64,000 nt of DNA from Methanosarcinales archaeon (GCA_026016205.1 CP061209.1:117469-181468), one strand, 5' to 3'. Shown: positions 27,641-37,627, counted from the first letter of the stretch. The notes: generated by a model not told the origin, from the sequence alone. Program-made: numbers and translations.

Positions 27641-28465
27641 ATGATGAAGGGATGCAAGGTTAAGGATATAATGGCGGAAGCGCTAACGATTGACAAATCA
27701 GAGATGCTGTCACATGCCCTTGATTTGATGGAAAAACACGATGTTAGGCGCTTGTTGGTCACAAAAGATGGTAAATTGATTGGAGTGGTGACGCAGCGCG
27801 GGATTGCAAGGGCGCTTGGCACCCGAAAGAAGTCAAGCCTGCCGGCATCATCTTTACATGTGGCTACAGCGATGAGCGAACACTTGGCGACAATCTCTCC
27901 GGATGATGAAACGGAGAAAGCCATTCAACTGCTCAAGGGCGAGGACATCTTGGCTGTTGTGAATGGTGGTCTGGTTGGATGGGTAACTCCTAATGAAGTA
28001 CTCGCCATCATGTATCCGAAGGGGTATGCCGGTGAGATCATGAAACCCCCCATCACCACGATACCCGGTGATAGAGTGGTGCACATTAGAAGGCGCATGT
28101 ATGAGGGGGACATTGGCAGGATGCCAGTCATAGATGACGGGCAATTAGTGGGGATGGTCACAGAAAGCGACATAGCAAGGGCGATGAGAGCATTCCGTGA
28201 CATTGTCCCAGGGCATCAGCAGGAGACGAGGATCAGGAATCTGATTGTCAGCGATATAATGAGTGTCAACGCCAAGTTTGTTCGGACAAACACGCCATTG
28301 CAGGAAGTTGTTGATGTGATACTGAAGGAGAATATAGGTGGCGTACCCGTCCTTGATTTACAGGATAATGTGGTAGGGATTATCACGCGCCGGGATATCG
28401 TTAGGCATGGTAATGATTGCCAGTCCTCAGCGGTGAGCTGTGGTAAACTGCCATTCAACGCTTAG
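27641..28465 (+). CDS. CBS domain protein (4 CBS)
   Basis: Repeated CBS motifs. Confidence 0.88.
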   Translation: MMKGCKVKDIMAEALTIDKSEMLSHALDLMEKHDVRRLLVTKDGKLIGVVTQRGIARALGTRKKSSLPASSLHVATAMSEHLATISPDDETEKAIQLLKGEDILAVVNGGLVGWVTPNEVLAIMYPKGYAGEIMKPPITTIPGDRVVHIRRRMYEGDIGRMPVIDDGQLVGMVTESDIARAMRAFRDIVPGHQQETRIRNLIVSDIMSVNAKFVRTNTPLQEVVDVILKENIGGVPVLDLQDNVVGIITRRDIVRHGNDCQSSAVSCGKLPFNA

Positions 28466-28557
28466 GGCGCTGTGCTATTTATGTAACTCCGCAACATCTT
28501 TTGTCTGCCTGACTCATCCTGCCGAGAATATACTGTCCAGAACTCTTCCTTGTTCAT
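28462..28557 (-). CDS. putative 31-aa small protein
   Basis: MNKEEFWTVYSRQDESGRQKMLRSYINSTAP, preceded by AGGGGG and an upstream TTATTATA box. Confidence 0.4.
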   Translation of the reverse strand: MNKEEFWTVYSRQDESGRQKMLRSYINSTAP

Positions 28558-28630
28558 ATTACTGCCCCCTCTAGTTTGTACTATTCTTCCCCATCGTCTA
28601 TAATAATAGGGCATTGTTGAAACTGGTTAA

Positions 28631-29782
28631 TTAACTTTTTGGAGATACGAACGTTTCCATGCGCTCCAGCGCCTCTTTTATTACATCTCTTGAGGTCGCG
28701 TATGCACATCGAATAAATCCTTCGCCGCATGCGCCGAACACGTTTCCGGGTACGACTGCTACCTTTTGCTCCTTCAGCAACTTCTCTGCAAACTTCTCTG
28801 AACTCATGCCAGTGCTTTTTATTGAAGGGAATGCGTAAAATGCCCCTTTTGGCTCGATACAGTCTAATCCAAGTGCGTTGAGCCCCTTAACAATGAGCCT
28901 TCGCCTCCTGTCATATTCCTTCACCATGGCAAGCATATCCTCTCTGCCGTTTTTCAGCGCCTCTATGGCTGCCATCTGTGCTGTGATGGGGGCACAGAGC
29001 ATCGTATATTGGTGGATTTTTAGCATTGCACCTATTATCTCAGGCGTTGATGCAGCGTATCCAATTCTCCAGCCGGTCATCGCATACGCCTTGGAGAGGC
29101 CATTAAGCAGAATGGTCCTATCCTGCATGCCATTTAACGAGGCAAAGCACGTATGCTTCCCATCATATGTCAGTTTATCATATACTTCGTCAGATATTAC
29201 GATTAAATCATGCTCCACGATCACATCTGCTATCGCCTCCAAATCTTTCTTATTCATGACTGCCCCTGTGGGGTTGTTCGGATAGCTCAATACGACCGCT
29301 TTGGTCTTGTCTGTTATTTTGTCCCTTATCTGCTCAGGGGTGACCTTGAAGTGATTTGATGAATCAGTTGCAACCGGCACGGGTTTTCCACCAGCAAATA
29401 CTACACATGGGCTGTATGACACGTAGCAGGGCTCTACAACGATGACCTCATCACCTGGATTTGTGATGGCGCGTATTGCCAGGTCTATCGCCTCGCTTAC
29501 GCCGGTGGTAACCAGAATTTGATCCTCCGGACTATATGTGATGCCATAGTCCGAGATGATGGCCTGCGCTATTTCATCCCTTAACTCTTGCAGTCCCCAG
29601 TTGGATGTGTATGATGTGTATCCCTTTTCTAAAGAGTAAATACAGGCCTCTCTGACGGGCCATGGTGTAACAAAGTCAGGCTCGCCAACGCCCAATGATA
29701 TCACATCATCCATCCCTATGACCATCTCGAAGAATTTTCGAATTCCTGATGACGGGATTTGCTGAACTCTCTTTGCTATCAT
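28631..29782 (-). CDS. class I/II PLP-dependent aminotransferase
   Basis: LGVGEPDF, PNNPTG, SDEVY, SKAYAMTGWRIGY. Confidence 0.92.
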   Translation of the reverse strand: MIAKRVQQIPSSGIRKFFEMVIGMDDVISLGVGEPDFVTPWPVREACIYSLEKGYTSYTSNWGLQELRDEIAQAIISDYGITYSPEDQILVTTGVSEAIDLAIRAITNPGDEVIVVEPCYVSYSPCVVFAGGKPVPVATDSSNHFKVTPEQIRDKITDKTKAVVLSYPNNPTGAVMNKKDLEAIADVIVEHDLIVISDEVYDKLTYDGKHTCFASLNGMQDRTILLNGLSKAYAMTGWRIGYAASTPEIIGAMLKIHQYTMLCAPITAQMAAIEALKNGREDMLAMVKEYDRRRRLIVKGLNALGLDCIEPKGAFYAFPSIKSTGMSSEKFAEKLLKEQKVAVVPGNVFGACGEGFIRCAYATSRDVIKEALERMETFVSPKS

Positions 29783-30258
29783 AGGGTTATCGCCAACCTC
29801 TTGGACTCCTCTTTTTCATAAAAGATGTCGCCATCTTGCTTGTATGTCTTGAGTATGAAATGTGTCACGGTACCCTGTATGCTCTCCAGTGGCGCTATCT
29901 TCTCGGCGACGAAGAATGCAACATCCTTCATCGTTTTGCCTTTTACCAATAGGGATAAATCATGGTCGCCAGAAATCAGCCTGGCTGATACAACTTCTGG
30001 GAATTTGGCGATGCGCTCCGCTATCGCATCATAACCGGTGCCCCTCTCTACCTGCACCTTTAACTCTATTATCGCATACACGTATTCCTCTCCAGCCTTA
30101 TCCCAGTCGATTACGGTCTTGTATTTCCGGATGATGCCCTTATCCTCTGCTTCTTTGATCGCTTTTTCTACCTGGGACTTGGGTACGCCGGTCATGGTTG
30201 CAATCTCATCTATACTGGCCCTTGCGTCGTTTTCTAATATTTCAAGTATTTCCTTCAT
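29779..30258 (-). CDS. Lrp/AsnC family regulator
   Basis: N-terminal HTH plus RAM domain (SGDHDL, THFILK.YK); coupled to the aminotransferase gene. Confidence 0.9.
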   Translation of the reverse strand: MKEILEILENDARASIDEIATMTGVPKSQVEKAIKEAEDKGIIRKYKTVIDWDKAGEEYVYAIIELKVQVERGTGYDAIAERIAKFPEVVSARLISGDHDLSLLVKGKTMKDVAFFVAEKIAPLESIQGTVTHFILKTYKQDGDIFYEKEESKRLAITL

Positions 30259-30336
30259 GATTTTTGCCCCCGGAACGAGTAAATATTATATCACTATTAC
30301 TTATATCTCTACCACTATCATACATGCGTGGTGCCT

Positions 30337-31566
30337 ATGAAACCAGCCTATCTCACAATGGATGACCTTGATGTGAAGGGAAAAACAGTTTTAATCAGGC
30401 TTGACATTAATTCACCGATAGACCCGCACACGGGAAAGATACTCGATGATAAGCGGTTCAGGAGCCATGCTGACACGCTGAAGGAATTGGAAGGGGCGAG
30501 AACCGTCGTACTCGCGCATCAAAGTCGACCGGGGAAAAGTGACTTTACTACAATGGAGCCCCATGCCAGGCTGTTGGGTAGAATTGTGCGGCAGGACGTA
30601 ACCTACGTGGACGACATCTTTGGCTCGCGTGCCCAGCAATCGATTGACAAGATGGACGTTGGCGAGTTACTGCTCCTTGAGAATGTGCGGTTTTACTCGG
30701 AGGAAAAAATGGAACGGAGTCCGGAGGAGCATGCCGGAACGCATCTGGTTAGAAATCTTGCTCCGAAGTTCGATTTGTTTATAAATGATGCGTTCGGGAC
30801 CGCACACAGGTCTCACGCATCCTCGGTGGGATTCACGCCAGTGCTTCCATCTGCGGCTGGCAGGTTGATGGAAAAAGAGGTGACGACACTGAACAAGATT
30901 CTCACCAGCGCAGACCATCCATGCATCTTCGTGCTCGGCGGGACAAAGATCGAGAACGCGATCGACGTTGTGCAGCATGTCCTGTCAAAGAAAATCGCCG
31001 ATAAAGTGCTTGTTACGGGCGTTGTGGCAAATGTGTTCCTGGCTGCATCCGGGGCGAAGGTAGGGGCGCCAACTATGCAAGTAATCGAAAAGCAGGGATA
31101 TCTGGACATGATTCCCAAGGCGAAGGCACTGCTTAAAAAATTTGGCAAGAAGATAGAACTGCCAGTGGATGTGGCGGTGAGTAAAAAGGGCAAGAGAGTA
31201 GAGGTGAACGTCAAAGAGTTGCCGGTCAAGTATCCCATTTTTGATATTGGTCTCGAAACAATCACGAAGTTCTATGATGAAATTAAGAAGGCAAATATCG
31301 TGATTCTGAGCGGTTCGGCTGGCGTGTTTGAGGACGAGAAATTTGCGCTGGGAACCTTCGAGACCTTGGAAGCGGCGACGAAAGCCGATTTTGCGGTAAT
31401 AGGCGGCGGCCACAGTGGTGCGGCGATGCGCAAGGTGGGACTGGATAAGAAGGTTGCACACATGAGCACAGGTGGCGGGGCGTGCATCGAGTTCCTTGCC
31501 GGAAGAACGCTGCCCGCGATAGATGCGCTGAACGAATCCGCGAAACGATTCAAATCCAAGCGATAA
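30337..31566 (+). CDS. pgk: phosphoglycerate kinase
   Basis: RLDINSP, HQSRPG, LLENVRF, NDAFGTAHRS, STGGGA. Confidence 0.96.
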   Translation: MKPAYLTMDDLDVKGKTVLIRLDINSPIDPHTGKILDDKRFRSHADTLKELEGARTVVLAHQSRPGKSDFTTMEPHARLLGRIVRQDVTYVDDIFGSRAQQSIDKMDVGELLLLENVRFYSEEKMERSPEEHAGTHLVRNLAPKFDLFINDAFGTAHRSHASSVGFTPVLPSAAGRLMEKEVTTLNKILTSADHPCIFVLGGTKIENAIDVVQHVLSKKIADKVLVTGVVANVFLAASGAKVGAPTMQVIEKQGYLDMIPKAKALLKKFGKKIELPVDVAVSKKGKRVEVNVKELPVKYPIFDIGLETITKFYDEIKKANIVILSGSAGVFEDEKFALGTFETLEAATKADFAVIGGGHSGAAMRKVGLDKKVAHMSTGGGACIEFLAGRTLPAIDALNESAKRFKSKR

Positions 31567-31598
31567 TTTTTATGTTTAGCCCTCTCAATATATAAAAT

Positions 31599-31723
31599 GC
31601 CTCGGTGGCTCAGTCTGGCTAGAGCGAGTGACTTGTAACCAAACTTTTACAAAAAGTTTGATCAAAATCGGGTCAAAAATGCAAGATATCACTAGGTCGG
31701 GGGTTCAATTCCCTCCCGAGGCT
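31599..31723 (+). tRNA. tRNA-Thr(UGU) with 50-nt intron (31638-31687) at position 37/38
   Basis: Acceptor GCCTCGG/CCGAGGC, anticodon stem AGTGA/TCACT, T-loop TTCAATT; BHB helix CTTG/CAAG with bulges TA^A and AT^A. Confidence 0.93.
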
Positions 31724-31832
31724 TTGAACTGGAAGATAAAAGTCCCTGTTTGAGGAACTGCAGTCTTGATGTAAATCAGGAGCGGGTGGTGTTAAACCAA
31801 CGAATTTTTGTATGTTTAGGCATAAGTAGCGC

Positions 31833-32153
31833 GTGATGGAAAGAAAAATTTTAGATGAATTTGCAAAGAAGCTCACGAAAAGGTTTGGTAGAAGGGTTAG
31901 AAAGGTGATACTCTTCGGAAGTGCTGCGAGAGATGAGATGCACAAAGAGTCGGACATTGACATTCTCGTCGTGGTGGATGAAAAGGATGACGAGATAACG
32001 AGGCGTATTGAAGATATCGCTTTTGATATGATGGAGAGGATCGGAGTGCTGATATCCCCCGTAGTGGTAGGAGAGCATGCTTACGCTGACATGCACAAAG
32101 AGCGATACCCCTTCATAGTAAATGTGGAAGAAGAGGGGGTCATTCTTGGTTAA
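31833..32153 (+). CDS. minimal nucleotidyltransferase (MNT), no intact HEPN partner
   Basis: LFGSAARD....SDIDILVV. Confidence 0.85.
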   Translation: MMERKILDEFAKKLTKRFGRRVRKVILFGSAARDEMHKESDIDILVVVDEKDDEITRRIEDIAFDMMERIGVLISPVVVGEHAYADMHKERYPFIVNVEEEGVILG

Positions 32154-32270
32154 CTTTTAGACCAAGAGGATGTGAAAGCCATATCCCGGGCCTTTATTCT
32201 ACGGTGCCAGAGCCCGCACCCGTCAGTGAGGTCTTTTTAAGTATCAAAATCATTCATTCCTAGTGAGAAA

Positions 32271-33074
32271 ATGGGGACTAAGAAACAATTATCAGAGGAG
32301 ATTTCAGAGCCGGAATCTTACTACTTCGAGTTGCAAGCTTCTTGGGGTCTGACTAAACACATGGGGGGCTTGGAGGCCACTAGAAAGCTAATTGAGGCAT
32401 GCCATATTGATAAAGATTCATACGTCTTGGATGTCGGTTGTGGTGTTGGAATAACTGCGTGCTATCTGGCCAAGGAGTACGGTTGCAAAGTAGTTGGCTT
32501 GGACCTTTCTGAAATGATGGTCAAGAGGTCGAAGGAAAGAGCCAAAAGAAAAAATGTTGAGGACAAGGTTGAATTTAAGATAGGGGACGCACAAGACCTT
32601 CCCTTCAACGATGGAGTTTTCGATGCGGTCATTTGCGAGTCTGTAGTTGCATTTCCAAAGGATAAACAGAAGGTGGTAAGCGAGTATGCGCGAGTGACCA
32701 AACCAGGAGGGTACGTGGGGATGAATGAGGTGACTTGGGTGAAGACACCGCCGCCAGAATTGGTTGAATACATGTCCCGCGGACTGGGCCAAGCGGAATT
32801 CTTAAATCCTGATGGTTGGAAGGATTTATTGGAGGAGGCGGGGCTTACAGGCGTAGTAGCAAGGGTTTACAAAACTAGTGCTTTACGTCAATGGGCTAGT
32901 GAAGTTAGACAAATGGACCCTAGAGACTACTTGGGAGCATGGAGCAAATTTTTCTCCCTGTGCTTTAAGAGCCCAGCAGTCAGAAAGTGGATAAAGGAAG
33001 TAAGCACTCCTCCTAGAAGCGTTTTTAGAATTTTTAAATACTTTGGATACGGAATATACGTTGGCAGGAAATGA
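32271..33074 (+). CDS. class I SAM-dependent methyltransferase
   Basis: VLDVGCGVG, GDAQDLPF, RVTKPGG. Confidence 0.88.
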   Translation: MGTKKQLSEEISEPESYYFELQASWGLTKHMGGLEATRKLIEACHIDKDSYVLDVGCGVGITACYLAKEYGCKVVGLDLSEMMVKRSKERAKRKNVEDKVEFKIGDAQDLPFNDGVFDAVICESVVAFPKDKQKVVSEYARVTKPGGYVGMNEVTWVKTPPPELVEYMSRGLGQAEFLNPDGWKDLLEEAGLTGVVARVYKTSALRQWASEVRQMDPRDYLGAWSKFFSLCFKSPAVRKWIKEVSTPPRSVFRIFKYFGYGIYVGRK

Positions 33075-33087
33075 AAGGAGGTACAAA

Positions 33088-33483
33088 ATGACACCAATAG
33101 AGATAATGGCCCTTATTGTTGCAGTGTTTGTAGGTTTTAAGCTGCTTGTGGTTTTGATAAGTCCAAAATCCTGGATGGGTATTGTGAAGACAGTGACAAT
33201 TTGGAAAAATCCAATTCCGACAATCCTGGTATCAATCGTATTAGCAGCAGTTACTTTGTTCTACTTACTTCAGGAATTGACAATTGTCCAGATTTTTGCA
33301 ACAACGTTATTCGTAATGTTTTTGATGATCATAAGTCTTTCATCATGCGCTAAAGCTACGTTAGCACTGGAAAAACAAGTCTTCAAGGAACTAGATGTTA
33401 AAAAATTGAGCATGGAGGCATGGCTTGCAATAATAGTCTGGGGCATTTTGGTAATCTGGGTACTTTGGGCACTTTTTGCTTGA
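33088..33483 (+). CDS. four-TM hypothetical membrane protein
   Basis: AGGAGGT ribosome-binding site and hydrophobic helices. Confidence 0.7.
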   Translation: MTPIEIMALIVAVFVGFKLLVVLISPKSWMGIVKTVTIWKNPIPTILVSIVLAAVTLFYLLQELTIVQIFATTLFVMFLMIISLSSCAKATLALEKQVFKELDVKKLSMEAWLAIIVWGILVIWVLWALFA

Positions 33484-33535
33484 TGTTTTGAATTGCGCAA
33501 CCCAAGAAGATGGGGGCATGACGAAATAATCCTAC

Positions 33536-33597
33536 AGTAAGACAAGTTTAGCTTTAAATTTAAGAATCTTTTTAGGAGGTTCGCATATAAGGGGTTA
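33536..33597 (+). repeat. leader repeat copy 1 (promoter plus attI-like end)
   Basis: AGTAAGACAAGTTTAGCTTTAAATT...GAATCTTTTTA...CGCATATAAGGGGTTA; first 25 nt are 24/25 identical to 38161-38185. Confidence 0.65.
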
Positions 33598-34107
33598 CTA
33601 ATACAGTTTCCCATTTATCCACAAAAATTGTTTGTCAAGAGGTCTACTGAATTTATTAAACACGCTTGGGTAAAGGTCTGGATATATTGCTTCTTCTAAT
33701 GGAATACAAAACATTTCATTAAATTCACCGACATCCTCGCCTCCAAACCCAATAACTATAAAAACAGGAATATTCCTTGTGCTTTGAAATTCTTGGTATC
33801 TTTTTAATTGTTTTGGATTGGTCCAGCTTAACATGCCCTTTTTAAGTTGTGAACGATATTTGCACTCAACTGCAAACTGTTCATTTGTAGGTTTATACTT
33901 ATAAACGAAATCAGGATTCATACTACTTTCGACATATTCCTCTCGGTTAGTTTCGGTAGAATGGGTCTTTTCTACAATTGCAAAGTATTTTTTTGAAAAC
34001 AAGTCATCTACATATTTTTCAAATACCTGACCAATAACAAAAGGGTCATCAGAAGTTGCCATTTTTATCTCTTTTAGGAAGTTAATTCCTACGTCAAGTA
34101 TTCCCAT
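33598..34107 (-). CDS. PD-(D/E)XK nuclease-fold protein
   Basis: G..FEKYV, PDF, FAVECKYR, Q..RY. Confidence 0.72.
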   Translation of the reverse strand: MGILDVGINFLKEIKMATSDDPFVIGQVFEKYVDDLFSKKYFAIVEKTHSTETNREEYVESSMNPDFVYKYKPTNEQFAVECKYRSQLKKGMLSWTNPKQLKRYQEFQSTRNIPVFIVIGFGGEDVGEFNEMFCIPLEEAIYPDLYPSVFNKFSRPLDKQFLWINGKLY

Positions 34108-34231
34108 TATGTTAACTCCTTATTTTACAAATATTGTATTAATTTATTCAAGTAATATATACTTAACAGTCCTAGTAATAAAACAAATGAAAACATTCAA
34201 CTCAGAAATAGTGGCAACGGGTGAAACAAGA

Positions 34232-34687
34232 ATGCAAGTCAAGAATTATCAAAGGTATCGAATCGTATTGAAAAATAAGAGGATAGCGTCCATAGAGCTG
34301 GATGGACATGAGGAGAAGGGCTTCAAACGACCTGCTACAGAGAATAAGCGGCTTAAGCTATATGTAGTTAAATCTGGATCGGAAGTCATCTATGTTGGTA
34401 TAACGTCTCAAAGCATCCGAAATCGTTTGAGATACGGTCTAAAGGCACAAGGAAAAGGTGGCTACCACGGGTATAAGTGGAAGGACTTAGGTGAAGTTGA
34501 CATCTTAATATGGTGCTTCCCAAAAGAAAGTCGGGACTATGTCGAAGCGGTAGAGGCAGAGCTGGTATATTTGTTTCGCAAGTGCACAGGAAAATGGCCT
34601 AAGCATCAGATGGAAATCCACTTCCATGATGCTTCAGAGGATGAAATTAAGGCAGCAGAAGCGATCTTTAAAGAATCTTGTGGATAG
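34232..34687 (+). CDS. GIY-YIG-like nuclease
   Basis: KLYVV....VIYVGIT...IRNRL followed by EAVEAEL. Confidence 0.68.
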   Translation: MQVKNYQRYRIVLKNKRIASIELDGHEEKGFKRPATENKRLKLYVVKSGSEVIYVGITSQSIRNRLRYGLKAQGKGGYHGYKWKDLGEVDILIWCFPKESRDYVEAVEAELVYLFRKCTGKWPKHQMEIHFHDASEDEIKAAEAIFKESCG

Positions 34688-34693
34688 AGGCTC

Positions 34694-34785
34694 TGATAAC
34701 AGAGCGTATCTGGCTTCGTGCCTTCGGCACTCCACTCAAATCCCTCGCCTCACTCGGAACTTCGTATATCCGCAAAATGTTATAT
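34694..34785 (+). repeat. attC-like site
   Basis: TGATAAC...GTTATAT ends 7 nt after the GIY-YIG stop; imperfect inner arms and a GTGCCTTCGGCAC hairpin. Confidence 0.55.
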
Positions 34786-34860
34786 GACATTGAGGCTCAA
34801 GTCAAGAATACATATGGGCAATAGATTTCCAAATATTGAAAAAGACTTGGAAGTAAGAAA

Positions 34861-36201
34861 ATGTTTGAAGAAGAGATTAAACATCATGATGAGCTATTCT
34901 CCGGCTCATCGTGGGAACTAGGTAAAATCCATTGGTATATTCAGCAAGCTGATACCGAGATGGAAAGTAAATCTTTGATTAAAGGAGAAGGTTTTTTAGA
35001 ACAAGATAAACTAACGGATTTTGGTAAAGATGTTGTAGATGAGATTCATTGGTGGATTTTTAAAAAGGAAACAGAAATTGAAGAGCTATTAAAAAGAACT
35101 GAGAGTATATTAAATTCTGTCCAAAAACTAAAAGAAGATTCATCCTTATTAAAAGAAAAATACTATCCCGAATCGTATTTAGATATAATAAAAAAAATAA
35201 AGGAATTTACGGAATCTCATAAAAGCGAAATTCGTACGTTGTATGATTATGTAGTTTGGTTACATAAAAAAGATGTTCTTGCACCATCCATATTATTTAC
35301 TTATAGAGTTTGGGGCTCCACAAGGCTTGGAGATCGAGCGGTAAAAATTACCGCAAATACTATTGATAAAGATCGAGGGAAGGTAAAAATATGCACCGAA
35401 CTCGCTCTCGGTTTGCGAACAAGATTTAGATATACTATAGAAGGTGTTTATGGAGATATCCTAAGTGATATTGTCGATTCAATCGATCCCGAATGTCAAA
35501 GTTCAATTTCAGTACCCAAGCAAAGATTGCTTGTTCAAACATCTCATACAATTCTTGATGAGTTAGCCACTTATTTTGAGTTTCTTCGTCAATCTTTAAG
35601 AAATATTATTCTCGACATCAAGAGGTATAATGCACAAACAGAATTATTATACCGAGAATCTTTTTGGAAATCCTTTATAATAAAGGCTATGAGCGTTAAT
35701 AGGATTGAAAATCAATTATGGGATTTCAAAAAGACATTAGAAATGTGGCATACAAAATATAAGGAAAAAAAGGAAGCTGAAATTAAGTTCTGTGAGCAAA
35801 TCGCTGCTTTTGCAAATGCAAATGGGGGAGTCGTAATTGTTGGCATCACAGATAAATCCCCAAGAAGAATTATAGGTGTTCAAGATTTAGAGAATAAATC
35901 AAAATTTACCAAAGAAGTTCTCAAGAGACATATTACTTATAGCACTGATTTTGTTCACTTTCGGCAAATATTAATGAAAGATGAAGCTGAAAATGACAAA
36001 AATTGTTTAATAATCGCCATAGCTCAGACAAAAGATGTGATTTCTGTCAAAGATAAATTAGGAAAGTTTTCATATCCAATTAGATTAGAAACGGGATTGG
36101 ATAGAAGTAATTATGATGAGATAAAGTATTCAAAACTAAATGTATTGCATGACAATCATAACTTTATACTAAATCTTGATAGATTTTTGCATGATCGGTG
36201 A
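34861..36201 (+). CDS. Schlafen/AlbA_2 domain protein with unknown N-terminal domain
   Basis: ENQLWDFK...IAAFANANGGVVIVGITD....IIGV. Confidence 0.78.
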   Translation: MFEEEIKHHDELFSGSSWELGKIHWYIQQADTEMESKSLIKGEGFLEQDKLTDFGKDVVDEIHWWIFKKETEIEELLKRTESILNSVQKLKEDSSLLKEKYYPESYLDIIKKIKEFTESHKSEIRTLYDYVVWLHKKDVLAPSILFTYRVWGSTRLGDRAVKITANTIDKDRGKVKICTELALGLRTRFRYTIEGVYGDILSDIVDSIDPECQSSISVPKQRLLVQTSHTILDELATYFEFLRQSLRNIILDIKRYNAQTELLYRESFWKSFIIKAMSVNRIENQLWDFKKTLEMWHTKYKEKKEAEIKFCEQIAAFANANGGVVIVGITDKSPRRIIGVQDLENKSKFTKEVLKRHITYSTDFVHFRQILMKDEAENDKNCLIIAIAQTKDVISVKDKLGKFSYPIRLETGLDRSNYDEIKYSKLNVLHDNHNFILNLDRFLHDR

Positions 36202-36205
36202 TTTC

Positions 36206-36230
36206 AGTACTTCCGAAGGTCAAATTCTAC
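36206..36230 (+). repeat. 25-bp direct repeat, copy 1
   Basis: AGTACTTCCGAAGGTCAAATTCTAC; 23/25 identical to 38115-38139. Confidence 0.75.
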
Positions 36231-36319
36231 AACCGAATTTCTACAGACACCAAGTGGCTCTCGCTCATAAAGAAGAGTGGGCGTCGAGCCACCCCCACTT
36301 CTCTTTAATCCACCAAGGA

Positions 36320-36592
36320 CTATTCTCTCAGTTGTTGTATGACCCAATAGATTCCTACAAGTATGATTAAGAGTGATATTAAGCTAATGATGATACTAGG
36401 AATCGGAAGAAAAGTTAAGATTTTTCCGATTTGGATTGCTACCCATACTAATAGTCCGAAGGTTGCCATCACTATTAGCCATTTTAACGGCTCCATGATT
36501 TCCTCAAACACCATTTTAACACCCTTATAGCACTCTATCATCTGGCTTATAATCCTTTTGTCTTCCTCGCTAAACTCCATGTAGTTTATCAT
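36320..36592 (-). CDS. small two-TM hypothetical protein
   Basis: GAGAGGAG ribosome-binding site and two hydrophobic segments. Confidence 0.55.
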   Translation of the reverse strand: MINYMEFSEEDKRIISQMIECYKGVKMVFEEIMEPLKWLIVMATFGLLVWVAIQIGKILTFLPIPSIIISLISLLIILVGIYWVIQQLRE

Positions 36593-36730
36593 CTCCTCTC
36601 AAGTTTATGTGAACGTAATTCTGCACAAAAACTCCAACATCTGCACAATAAGTCGCCGAAAAGGGGGGTTTTATGTGCAAAGCCGGTGGAAACTTAGAGG
36701 GGTTTTAAATCAGTAACAGGTGTGATAATA

Positions 36731-37627
36731 TTAGTCAACAAACTCATCAAAACTTTTGTATTTCCCAACCCATCTGTAAAGTATTCCCGCTATTTGATCC
36801 TCATCTGGCCATTCGTCTTTAATAGAATCTAAAAAATCAGTTCTGAAATTTTTGTAAAAATTACTAAAAGATTCTTTCTCTTTTGCCCTTAATGATATGC
36901 TATTGCCCTCTTCCTTGACTATATGAGAGTTTTTTGCTAGTTGTGTGAGGAATATGTTAAATTCAGAGAAAGAGTCGATCTTTCTAGCAAGAAAGCCCAT
37001 GTCATATGGTCTAAAATATTTTAAGTATCTTCTGAAGGTTGGGTCCTCTTCTGCTTCTTGTTTTAATGTTCTGATGAGATCCATTACTAAATCCTTTGAG
37101 TTGCATAGATAAGAAAATAGTCTTTCCCTTACATCAATTAATGCATCAGGAGAATACCCGATATGGCAACTTTCAATTTTAACACCTTCAATTTTAGTTT
37201 TAAGAGATTTTTCAACAAGAACCCATAGATTCTCATTCTCCATCAGAATATCTTCTATTGGTTTTATAGAGGTATCAAATTCAATGTCGCCGTATATTTT
37301 TCGAAAGCTTTTTTTATTATGAATAGCAATTGCACTAGGGTACTCATTGTCATCGACTTTAAGTACACCTACTATATTTACAATTGCATTTTCTGCTTGT
37401 TCTTCGTTGACACTCTTAACGACATCTTCAGGAGATGTGATCTTTTCGAATTTTGTTATTAACTCTCCCCCTAATTCTTTAAGAGGAGCATTTATCCAAA
37501 CTTCCCCATAATCTATCTCAAATTCAAAACTTTTTATCCATTCTAATCCAAATCGAATTCTCCTTTGAAGTCTTTCCTTCTCTAGAATTCCAATTCCGGG
37601 TATGTTAAGTTTTATGTAAATTGCCAT
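36731..37627 (-). CDS. hypothetical protein (298 aa)
   Basis: Long AT-rich ORF overlapping the upstream nuclease-like gene. Confidence 0.7.
   Translation of the reverse strand: MAIYIKLNIPGIGILEKERLQRRIRFGLEWIKSFEFEIDYGEVWINAPLKELGGELITKFEKITSPEDVVKSVNEEQAENAIVNIVGVLKVDDNEYPSAIAIHNKKSFRKIYGDIEFDTSIKPIEDILMENENLWVLVEKSLKTKIEGVKIESCHIGYSPDALIDVRERLFSYLCNSKDLVMDLIRTLKQEAEEDPTFRRYLKYFRPYDMGFLARKIDSFSEFNIFLTQLAKNSHIVKEEGNSISLRAKEKESFSNFYKNFRTDFLDSIKDEWPDEDQIAGILYRWVGKYKSFDEFVD

Noticed and set aside
28620..28640. TGGTTAATTAAC resembling the btu operator
   Set aside because: Spacing differs and it overlaps a stop codon; probably chance.
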